Source: Gemmatimonadales bacterium (GTDB lineage: Bacteria; Gemmatimonadota; Gemmatimonadetes; Gemmatimonadales; GWC2-71-9). Taken from it: a stretch of DNA of 64,000 nucleotides. The stretch is taken from assembly GCA_037189525.1 (NCBI GenBank), contig JBBCJC010000001.1, forward strand, positions 448,001 to 512,000, written 5' to 3'. Made by a program: the position numbers and the translations under genes. Each line of letters begins with the position of its first letter. Position 1 is the first letter of the stretch. Under the pieces are notes generated by a model, which was not told the DNA's origin, did no database searches, and worked only from the letters and a program-made list of their open reading frames with translations. Below, in pieces: positions 55,722-64,000 of the stretch.

Positions 55722-58700
55722 TCAGTCGACTTCAAAGGAGTGAGTCCGGAAGTGCAGAGTACGACTATTCTCAGTTACCGTTCGCATAAGGGCCTCTGAC
55801 GCCCCGTCGGGCATCGCCGCCTCGATCTCAAGCGTAATACGGACCTGCGCCCGGACTAAGCCGTTTAGATGCGCAATCACTTCCTCTGCAACCCGACCAG
55901 CATCCCGGCCGACCCTTTCAGGATCAAGCTCAACTGTACCGTGGAACCGGGTTGGCCTCTTAGCAGACGGGCTCACCTCCACCTCATCGGCGGTGGTAGG
56001 TGGGGTGACGCCAGCCTGCCGAGTTTCAGATGGCTGCGGTGGCTGTCCGGTATCGTGCACGAGGTCCGCACCCATCTGCCTTCTAGCCACTGTTGCCACG
56101 ACGAGCAGCCCAGGATCATCCGGCCGAACCGCGACTTGCCGTCCTGCCTGCAGCCCGCGGTAACGCTCTACCTGCTGATCGAACGATTCGGCATACGCGA
56201 AGCTTTCGCTCCAAGTAATTAGCCCGATTCCAGATGCGATCGCATCCGTTAGAACGTCCGGCCCAGCCAACCTCGGGAGATAGAGATACCTCCCAAAGTC
56301 CTCGATGAGCTGGGAAATCGAAACGTGGTCACCCCGCCAGAGAGGGATTCGATCCAGCTCCATCCTGAGCCTTACCGCGCCCAAATTCGTGATCAGGTGC
56401 TCGCCGCTCTTGAGCTTCTTGCTCGCTCGTACGGCTAACGGCTCTGCTCCCGTGAGCTTGACCGCCTCCCACGCAATCGGATCGGTCGGTTTGGGCTGAA
56501 CAGGAACGAGCAGCCATTGGTAGGTTTCGGGCAACCGAGCCTTCACCACTGCCTCGGCAGCCTCTGACTGTGCCTTAGCCTGTCGAACTTGATGGGGCGA
56601 AAGCTGAAGCGTCTCTACATCGTCGAGAATCGTCCTCCAGGCAATGCAACGCCGGAGCCCCTCCTCCAGATCCTGCCAGCGAGTGCGGTCGGCGACGAGA
56701 AATACCAACGTGTTCCGATAAAGCCTGGGTGCGTTCCCCCGGGACTCAAAGACCGCCTTGGCAGCGATTTCCGCCGGCGTGTTACCATCTTTGGCGTACC
56801 ATTGTTCGGGTTCGAGTACTACAAGTCCCACCTCAAAGTCGTCGGCGACATCGTGGCCGGACTTGGGTAGTCGATGCACACGAGCGAAGTCGCCGGTCTG
56901 CTGAAGATCTCTGCGGAGCCAACTTTCGAGCTCCAAATGAACTTTGTCAGCATCTCGTTTCAGCTGCTCTGCCCGGTCCTCAGCCACCTTAGCAACCGTT
57001 GGCTGTACCGAGTACCAGAACCGCGGTTTGTCCTCATATAGGTAGGTCGCGGCGGCCGCAAGTCGGCGAAGGGCATCACCGAAGACGGCTGGTTGCTCAC
57101 CCGGAATCACACAACCGAGTTTGATCCAGCGATCTTCGATTCCTTTATTGGCCGCTCCTGCGGTCGGGGCGGAGCCCAAGTAAATCGTTCGGGCCACCCG
57201 GCGAGTCGCGTGGTACTTACCGAGGTTAGGAACCTCGCTGTCGATGCGGAGCGGCACCGACTGCGGTCCATCGACATCCTTTTCGATGATCGGGGCCCAG
57301 TTATCAGATAGATAGCGGGTCAGCTCAGATTGCACTCGCGGATCGTCGATCGAGAGGTGACAGGGCAGAACCATGGGGTTCCGATCGCTCTTCTCCCACA
57401 GGCTATGAATGACGGCCGCCATCAGCCTGAGTACACCCCGGGTGCGCTGAAACTTCACCAGCGTGCTCCAATCACCATACAGCCGGTCAAACACCTCGGG
57501 GTGAATCGGATACGCGTCCTTCAGACGTTTGTGGTACGCCTCTTTGCCGCATTCGGCCGGGAACTCTCCAGGCTGAGTACGGTAGAGGTCGTAGAAGGCC
57601 CGAGTAACGTTGTCTCGCTCGGTAAACTGCCTCCGTTCGAGGAGTGGCTCGAATAGTCGGCGGCGGACGATCTCGAATCCTTCCTCAGCGGTCGCCGGGC
57701 GCCACGACGACTCTACTCGGCCAACAACATTGCGGAGGCGCTCAAGCGCTTCTCGACCGCGCTGCCCACCTACCTCAACATCACTAGTTGCCTGGGTATG
57801 AGGTGAACCAGCTGTATCAGACGCGGGCAGCGAAATGACCAGCAGGCAATTCTTCGCGAGCTTGGCCGACTCCGTGAGCGCCTGGGCAAAACTGAACTGG
57901 GTTTCAAAGGTCCCGCCCGGCAGGTCGCTTTGATCATGCAATTGCCGTGCATAGGCGACCCATTCATCGATCAGGATCAAGCATGGACCATACTCATTGA
58001 ACAGTTCCCGGAGCATATCACCGGGACTCGTACCGCGTTCGTCATCGGCCTGCACTCGTTTGAACGCATCCTTACCACCTAACTGCCACGCCAGCTCGCC
58101 CCAAAGAGTTCGGACCACGGTACCGTCAGACTTGGTACTTGGATTTCCTGGGGAGATCTTGTTGCCCACCAAGACCACTCGTTTCGCCTTGATCGGCGCC
58201 GATGCTTCAGCGGCCTCGAGAACCGGCTCGAGTCCGGGGAACTCGGTGAGAGGGCGACCAGAGCACAGATGGTAGAGGGCCAACATCGAGTGCGTCTTAC
58301 CACCGCCGAAGTTTGTCTGGAGCTGCACAACGGGATCACCGCCCGCGCCAGTGAGCCGGCGAACTCCTCCCTCCAGAAGCCCATGCAGACTCTGAGTCAG
58401 ATACGTTCGCCGGAAGAACTCGACCGGATCCCGATACTCGTCGGTTCCTTCGCCGAGGTGGACCTGCCAGAGATCGGCCGCGAACTCGGCCTGCTGGTAT
58501 CGTCCACTCGCGACATCCCGATGAGGAGAGACGACCTCACGCCATGGTGTGAGGTTGTTTGCAGCCTGGCTTTCGATCGGCACCGAGGCGCTCTTCCGTC
58601 GCTCGCTCCTGGCCTGCTCGTCGAAATTGACCCGACGCAACTCAAGCTTAGCCTTGCGAACCTCGTCGGCCTGCTCCGCGGAAACTGCGGTCAGCAATCG

Positions 58701-59048
58701 CTCCGCCGAATCCAATGCCCGATCTGTGTCGTCACCGGAGAACTTGGCCTGATGGGCCCACCGGTTCCGAAACTCAATCAGTTCCAGCACGAGCGTCCGT
58801 TCCGGTCGGCCCAAGATGTCGGCAAAGACACGGCCCCAGACCTTGTCCATGACCGTGAGGATGATGGCAACATCGTCAAGGTTGGCAGCCTTCGCCGCAC
58901 CTGGACGCCGATCGCTCAGAGCCGCCTTCACTTCGGACTCCCACTGAGCCCCGAGCTTCGCTTTGAGTTCCCGCTCAACAAACGGGCGCAGCCCGTCTTT
59001 CAGAAGTTCGAGGACCTTGGTAACGCGTTCCTGATTCGTGATCGCCAT
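55722..59048 (-). CDS. Swt1-like HEPN + DUF499 AAA+ ATPase
   Basis: RNRWAH HEPN motif, EFAADL, LQTNFGGGKTH, ILIDEW, YPIHPE and FQRTRGVLRL. Confidence 0.92.
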   Translation of the reverse strand: MAITNQERVTKVLELLKDGLRPFVERELKAKLGAQWESEVKAALSDRRPGAAKAANLDDVAIILTVMDKVWGRVFADILGRPERTLVLELIEFRNRWAHQAKFSGDDTDRALDSAERLLTAVSAEQADEVRKAKLELRRVNFDEQARSERRKSASVPIESQAANNLTPWREVVSPHRDVASGRYQQAEFAADLWQVHLGEGTDEYRDPVEFFRRTYLTQSLHGLLEGGVRRLTGAGGDPVVQLQTNFGGGKTHSMLALYHLCSGRPLTEFPGLEPVLEAAEASAPIKAKRVVLVGNKISPGNPSTKSDGTVVRTLWGELAWQLGGKDAFKRVQADDERGTSPGDMLRELFNEYGPCLILIDEWVAYARQLHDQSDLPGGTFETQFSFAQALTESAKLAKNCLLVISLPASDTAGSPHTQATSDVEVGGQRGREALERLRNVVGRVESSWRPATAEEGFEIVRRRLFEPLLERRQFTERDNVTRAFYDLYRTQPGEFPAECGKEAYHKRLKDAYPIHPEVFDRLYGDWSTLVKFQRTRGVLRLMAAVIHSLWEKSDRNPMVLPCHLSIDDPRVQSELTRYLSDNWAPIIEKDVDGPQSVPLRIDSEVPNLGKYHATRRVARTIYLGSAPTAGAANKGIEDRWIKLGCVIPGEQPAVFGDALRRLAAAATYLYEDKPRFWYSVQPTVAKVAEDRAEQLKRDADKVHLELESWLRRDLQQTGDFARVHRLPKSGHDVADDFEVGLVVLEPEQWYAKDGNTPAEIAAKAVFESRGNAPRLYRNTLVFLVADRTRWQDLEEGLRRCIAWRTILDDVETLQLSPHQVRQAKAQSEAAEAVVKARLPETYQWLLVPVQPKPTDPIAWEAVKLTGAEPLAVRASKKLKSGEHLITNLGAVRLRMELDRIPLWRGDHVSISQLIEDFGRYLYLPRLAGPDVLTDAIASGIGLITWSESFAYAESFDQQVERYRGLQAGRQVAVRPDDPGLLVVATVARRQMGADLVHDTGQPPQPSETRQAGVTPPTTADEVEVSPSAKRPTRFHGTVELDPERVGRDAGRVAEEVIAHLNGLVRAQVRITLEIEAAMPDGASEALMRTVTENSRTLHFRTHSFEVD

Positions 59049-59051
59049 CGG

Positions 59052-62000
59052 CTACTGCTCCGGAGCCGTGAGGAGGTCGACTTGCTCTTCCTTTGCCTTC
59101 CCACCCTCGCGGGCGAGCCGCACGATCTCAGGCCAGCTCTGCACCAAGCCGTTGTAGGCGAGTGCCTCAGACGCGCGCTTCTTGCGCTCACACAGGGTGT
59201 ACAGGCGGTAGGCCAGCTCGCGGGCTATCTCGGCCTTGGCGCCGAGCTTAGCAACGAGCCCAGCCGCCGCGGCCTCGCCGCCGCCCGCGAGCATACGGAT
59301 CAAGTGGTGAACGATCTCCCACGCGGAGAGGCGCGGATCTGCAGCGGGGTCCCAGTCGGCGGGCAACTCTTCTGGTTTGAACAGCCGCACCTTGCCGCGC
59401 TTCGATTCGATGATGCCGGCCTCGACCATCCCGGCGACGCTTGTGACTTTGGACTTGGAAAGCTGCTCGGCCTTGCCGTACTCGCCCTCGTCGAAGCCCG
59501 ACTCCTCGAACCAGGTAAGTGCCCAGCGGCTGTCCGCATCGAAGTCGCCTTCCTGCTCAACCAGCGCCTCGTCGAGGGTCTGGTTGATGAGGGCCAGCGC
59601 CTCGCGCACGCTGAGCGGTTTGCCCTCGGCATCAAGTACCTTGGCGTAGCGTGTGTAAACCGCCATACCCGGCCCGATGGCCGCTTGTGCTAGATCCACC
59701 GGCGCGATATTGCCGCGCTGGAGGTGGGCGAGCGCCTGAGGCAGGTCGGCCTTAAGTGCAGTGACAAACTCGCGGCGGGTGGAGACCGGGGCATCGGCGA
59801 CACGCCGCCGGCACACGAGGATGATGCTTGAGGCGAGCGCGCCAATGGACTTCTTGAGATTTGCTGTCAACTCCGTTCTCATAGGCCACGTACCACTAAT
59901 GGCAAATCCAGCCTCGATGACTGCAGCCAGAAAGGTGTCCCATCCTGTGTTTGTTATCCCATCATCGGCGTCGCTCTCCGACTGCTTGAATGCGTAGTAA
60001 ATGGTGACAGGAAAGGCTGGATGAGCTTGCTCACCTAGACGGCGCATCGCCTGGGTCATGCCTGCGAGAAAGAACAACTCCGCCTTATCTTTGCCACCGT
60101 GACGGTGGGGAGCGGCGATCAACTCCTCGGCCTTCGGCACGGCGAGTGTTGGGAATAGTTCCGGAAAAACAGGCCGAAGCGAACGGCGTAGCCATACATA
60201 GAAGTAGTCTGATAGGTCCGCATAGCCGATATTGTCATAATAAGGTGGATCAGATGATACCACCCGATTGATGGACAATCGTGATGTAGCCGCGTCCTGC
60301 TGGAACGCCGCACCCTCGGAAGGTAAAGGGGGAAGCCTCTCGAGTACCTTGCCGACGGCATGGGATGTGATGCTAAACCCTCCTCCGGCTTCTGATAAGG
60401 GGTTGGCCTCAGCGTAATCCCACACCATCGGGATCGCTTGTCGCGCGAAGCCCTGAGTCAGGCGATCTGGATCCTTCTGCCAAGTCGCCTGTGTTGTGTT
60501 CGTAAGCGTGGCCTTGTCATGACAAAACGCGAGGTAAGTTGCAACGGCGTCCCCGTACGCGGCACCGCCAGCGCGCAGAACCTTCGGGTTGTCAGGGAAG
60601 CCCGCTTGGAGAGCGTCGCGCTCTACTTGTTCGCGCGCTTCCTGCACTAGGTCGGAGAAGGTTGTGAGTGCAACGAGCTGGCGCGCAGTAAATAGATCTC
60701 CGAGATTGTCCATTCCATAGACGGGCGGTTGGAAGTTCCGATGCTTCTTAGGCATCTCGCAGTCTGGCTTCCACTTTGGTGTGGCTTTGATAGCAACGGC
60801 TTCATGCTCTGGAGTTGGGGAAAGATAGAGTCGACCGCGATCCCCTTCAGTTACAACTGCCATCAAGCGCGCGCCCATACGCCCAGCTTTTCCCTCGGCA
60901 CGGATGTAGTCGTATCCTACCGGGACACCTGACATCAGGCAGCTGAAGGCCTTCCGCTTACCTGCGGACGTGCCGTCCTTCAATCCCGCGTTCTTCGGTA
61001 ATCCCACTTTAACCGTGAAATGATAGCTGCCGTTCTCAATCACCGGGTCCACGTACGCTTCCTTACCCACCTTGGTAGAAAGCATGAAGGTGGAGGCGAG
61101 CGGCACATCCACATCAGCGAAGGCCGGGTTCGGGCTCTTCACCGTGCGCGCCCAGAGCCAGGCAATCACGGTGAGCTTGCGCCCGACGTAGGGCTTCAGG
61201 TCTGGCCGCGTCTTCGCCATCTCCGCAGTGACCTCGACCTTCGGATACAGGTGCCCGATCCGCTTCTCAGCCTCGTCGCGCATCCATTGCCCGTAATAGC
61301 GCACGTCGTCGGCAAGACCTTGTGCGCCCTTCCACTCCCGAGCAATGAGCGACTTCTCTTTGCGCGCCTCGGGGTTTACCGGCGGCTTGCCCGCGAACTT
61401 CGGCGGGATCTCGATCATTGCCTTATTAATCAGCACTGCCACCGGATTCAGGTCGCTGGCGTAGCTCTCCAGGCCGAGCCGCTGCGCTTCGAGGGGCAGC
61501 GCACCGCCCCCAGCGAACGGATCGTGAAACGCAGGGAGCTTGTGCCGATCGAACAGCTCCTTCGCTTGCGGATGATCTGCATTGTCCGCGCAGGCGCGCC
61601 GCCAGCTCGCCCAGATCTCGTCGCGTGCAGCCTGCAGCACTGTCTCGTTGGTCGTGTTCTCCCACAGGACCAGATCTTCGATGATGCGAAAGAGCCGCTG
61701 GCGCTCGATGTCGGCCAGTATGTCGTCCAGCGTGGGCTGCGGTCCGGGCTCCGGCACGGCGAGGTTGGTGCCCGCTGCCTTCGCGGTGAGTTCGCGGGCT
61801 TCTTCCCACAGCTTCAGGCGGGCCTTGAGCGCTGCCTCAGCCTTCCGCTTGAGCTTCGCGTCCGAGCGCAGCGTGTCCACGTAGGAGGACGGGTCGTCCA
61901 CCATCTGGGCAAAGATCACCGCACGCGCCGCCGCCAACGGCCGCCGCGCCCACCACAGGTGCAGGGTGCTCGGGTGACCGTGGCGAATCGACTTTTCGCG

Positions 62001-62066
62001 CGCAGAAGCTATGTTGATGGCTTCTAGCGGGAGGGCGACCTCGATGAGCTTCTTGCTGGTCTTCAC
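59052..62066 (-). CDS. DUF1156 adenine-specific DNA methyltransferase
   Basis: [19 protein letters not shown] and [20 protein letters not shown]. Confidence 0.92.
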   Translation of the reverse strand: MKTSKKLIEVALPLEAINIASAREKSIRHGHPSTLHLWWARRPLAAARAVIFAQMVDDPSSYVDTLRSDAKLKRKAEAALKARLKLWEEARELTAKAAGTNLAVPEPGPQPTLDDILADIERQRLFRIIEDLVLWENTTNETVLQAARDEIWASWRRACADNADHPQAKELFDRHKLPAFHDPFAGGGALPLEAQRLGLESYASDLNPVAVLINKAMIEIPPKFAGKPPVNPEARKEKSLIAREWKGAQGLADDVRYYGQWMRDEAEKRIGHLYPKVEVTAEMAKTRPDLKPYVGRKLTVIAWLWARTVKSPNPAFADVDVPLASTFMLSTKVGKEAYVDPVIENGSYHFTVKVGLPKNAGLKDGTSAGKRKAFSCLMSGVPVGYDYIRAEGKAGRMGARLMAVVTEGDRGRLYLSPTPEHEAVAIKATPKWKPDCEMPKKHRNFQPPVYGMDNLGDLFTARQLVALTTFSDLVQEAREQVERDALQAGFPDNPKVLRAGGAAYGDAVATYLAFCHDKATLTNTTQATWQKDPDRLTQGFARQAIPMVWDYAEANPLSEAGGGFSITSHAVGKVLERLPPLPSEGAAFQQDAATSRLSINRVVSSDPPYYDNIGYADLSDYFYVWLRRSLRPVFPELFPTLAVPKAEELIAAPHRHGGKDKAELFFLAGMTQAMRRLGEQAHPAFPVTIYYAFKQSESDADDGITNTGWDTFLAAVIEAGFAISGTWPMRTELTANLKKSIGALASSIILVCRRRVADAPVSTRREFVTALKADLPQALAHLQRGNIAPVDLAQAAIGPGMAVYTRYAKVLDAEGKPLSVREALALINQTLDEALVEQEGDFDADSRWALTWFEESGFDEGEYGKAEQLSKSKVTSVAGMVEAGIIESKRGKVRLFKPEELPADWDPAADPRLSAWEIVHHLIRMLAGGGEAAAAGLVAKLGAKAEIARELAYRLYTLCERKKRASEALAYNGLVQSWPEIVRLAREGGKAKEEQVDLLTAPEQ

Positions 62067-63766
62067 TCTGAGTCCTTATCCTCGGCTTCCAGATCCGCAG
62101 CGATGGTCACACCCGTTACGCGCTGAATCTCTTTCCACAATCGTGCTTGCCGCCACGTCAAGAACGCGTCGAAGTCATCCTTGAGCAGCGACGAATCGTC
62201 GCCCGCGGGCAAACCATGCGAGGCAAGCACCGGCTCGAAGGGGAACCCCGTCGTCCCCCGAATCTCCGCTAGATAGTCGGAGGGCGCGCGGTCACTGATC
62301 ACCTGGTTGGTCGTGCGGTCAATCAACGTGCGGTTGAGCACACAGTCGCGTGTCCTGGCGAGCCTAACACCACGGCGCTCGAGATAGGCGGCCGGGAACA
62401 CATGATGGTCGTCGATACCTTGGTCGGCCATGAGCTTGCCCGTAATCACGGCCTGGGTATGGAAGTCGCGGGCGCCACCGCCGAGAATCAGGTTGATGAC
62501 GCCGCGGTAGATCGAACGCTGGCGCGGCGTCACATCACGTAGTGCTCGCGGATCGAAGCGGAAGCTCTCGACCGACTCCGGCGCCGCACCTCCGGCGAGC
62601 CAAGGCAATAACTCGGTCACGTCCTTTGCCGACTTGCTGTTCGGCGCGCTCTCATAAATCTGACCGAAGACGGCACACCAGAACCACCGCTTGAGCTTCT
62701 CGCGCCGGGCACCGGCCTCCGCGGTCTTCGGATTCCCGCTGCGTGCGAGTACAGCGGCCAACGGCGGCAACATGGTTTGGTAAGGCACCCACTTGGGGAG
62801 CATGACCTTGCAGTCGTCGCGGAGAATCTCGAGACCCGTGGCAAGCCCGAGCACGACCTTATCCCACCACTCCGTGATGTCCGAGGCAGCGAGGTTCAGC
62901 ACGTCGCTGCGCTTGCATGAGGGGGCCTTACGGCTCGCCAATGAGATGCCCTGCAGCACGTAGTAGGCATCTACCTCGAAGTCCCCGATCACCGGATAAT
63001 CGGCCAGCGCCTTATCCCAGAGTGCGCGGAGGTTGATGCTCTGCGGCCAGAAGCGAGCAGTGAGCAACTCGAAAACGCTCAGCTTTACGCCGGTACGATT
63101 CAACGTCTCGAAAATCGTGCAGAGCGCGTCTGGCTCGGTCTTGTCCGAGAGCGTCACGACCGGGAAATGGTAGTCGTCGATAGCACGAATCCACCTCTCT
63201 TCGATGCTATCGAGCGCATCCTCGAGTGCGATGCGCTCCTTGTCCGCCAGTTTTCGCGCGACCTTCCGCCCCCACTGTCCGAAGCCCCCTGCGCCGCCCT
63301 TCAGCACCGACAACGGCAGCAGCAACTCATTTGCCTGCAGCTCGAAATCCTCGCGAGCCTTGGTCCACTTAGTGGTCGCACGCTCGTGGAAGATTGCCTC
63401 CTCGAAATCCGCACCATCTCGGAGCTTCCCCAGGTCCAGAAAATACCGATGTTCCCCAACACCGTAGAACGCCTGATAGAGCGATGTCAGACGCTGTTGA
63501 CCGTCGAGTACGAGGAAAGTGTGCTTTCCTCCACCGAGTGGTGGCGCTCCATCGAACTCGCGTGCGGCGAACACACGCTTCGCGTCCCGAACGCGCAGGA
63601 TGCTACCCGCTGGGTAGTTACTTGCGATCGAGACGATCAGCTCCTGCGTAGCACCCGGTTCCCAGACGAAGTCGCGTTGGAAATCGGGCAGTGCAGTCGA
63701 GCGGTTGTGAATCTCGGCCAGGAGCTCCTTGAGCGCACGCGGGTTGGTGTCTTCGAACAGGCTCAC
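62063..63766 (-). CDS. DUF262 (GmrS-like) protein with a C-terminal HNH-like region, GmrSD-like
   Basis: [27 protein letters not shown] and DHHVFP...N....N. Confidence 0.85.
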   Translation of the reverse strand: MSLFEDTNPRALKELLAEIHNRSTALPDFQRDFVWEPGATQELIVSIASNYPAGSILRVRDAKRVFAAREFDGAPPLGGGKHTFLVLDGQQRLTSLYQAFYGVGEHRYFLDLGKLRDGADFEEAIFHERATTKWTKAREDFELQANELLLPLSVLKGGAGGFGQWGRKVARKLADKERIALEDALDSIEERWIRAIDDYHFPVVTLSDKTEPDALCTIFETLNRTGVKLSVFELLTARFWPQSINLRALWDKALADYPVIGDFEVDAYYVLQGISLASRKAPSCKRSDVLNLAASDITEWWDKVVLGLATGLEILRDDCKVMLPKWVPYQTMLPPLAAVLARSGNPKTAEAGARREKLKRWFWCAVFGQIYESAPNSKSAKDVTELLPWLAGGAAPESVESFRFDPRALRDVTPRQRSIYRGVINLILGGGARDFHTQAVITGKLMADQGIDDHHVFPAAYLERRGVRLARTRDCVLNRTLIDRTTNQVISDRAPSDYLAEIRGTTGFPFEPVLASHGLPAGDDSSLLKDDFDAFLTWRQARLWKEIQRVTGVTIAADLEAEDKDSE

Positions 63767-64000
63767 GACGGCGCTCCCCCACGTTGAAGCAGTTCTTCGA
63801 AATCGTAGTTAACGCTAGTTACGCCAAAGTCCGGCTCTCGCCGGAACGGCTTCCGGAGATAATAGACCCTGTGCTCCGATTGGGAGAGGAGCTCCACGAT
63901 CGCCAGGATGAATTGATCAGGTTTGTTCAACGAGTAGAGGATCTCGTTCTTAGTTACGGTCACTGTCGCCGCCCCCGTCACCCGACCCTTGACCTCGATA
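63763..64000 (-). CDS. C-terminus of a DUF3883 nuclease domain, probably of an SNF2 helicase (5' part outside the window)
   Basis: IEVKGRVTGAATVTVTKNEILYSLNKPDQFILAIVE. Confidence 0.8.
   Translation of the reverse strand, partial: IEVKGRVTGAATVTVTKNEILYSLNKPDQFILAIVELLSQSEHRVYYLRKPFRREPDFGVTSVNYDFEELLQRGGAPS

Overview
High-GC bacterial chromosome segment. The gene families (DUF4384 protein, Pro-rich Ig-like lipoprotein, hendecad membrane coiled-coil proteins) resemble Gemmatimonadota, but that assignment is inference. 1-13.3 kb: housekeeping genes (mlaF/mlaE, mutY, patatin, thioesterase, nadE) and an ABC exporter with an AttH/CrtC-like fusion. 13.4-25.4 kb: metal and cofactor uptake, comprising a Fur-box CbiX-like gene, a cobalamin riboswitch with a btuB operon, a two-domain multicopper oxidase, and a DtxR-FeoA/feoB/DtxR/TlpA/TonB-receptor operon with a DtxR-type box. 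27.7-32.9 kb: a coupled N6/N4 methyltransferase and SNF2-like helicase. 39.3-45.1 kb: three copies of a 33-bp-repeat gene (two intact, one collapsed), interleaved with unrelated genes including nirK-cytochrome c. 46.9-51.1 kb: a PafB/PafC-like WYL pair coupled to an RNase J-like nuclease, with two matching TGTCAC-N10-YAnnnT promoter motifs; this is the strongest candidate for an undescribed system. 51.2-64 kb: a partly lower-GC defence island (REase-like-NACHT, HEPN-DUF499 ATPase, DUF1156 methylase, DUF262, DUF3883 helicase end). No rRNA, tRNA, CRISPR array, integrase or transposase was recognised. All calls come from reading motifs by eye; no database searches were run.
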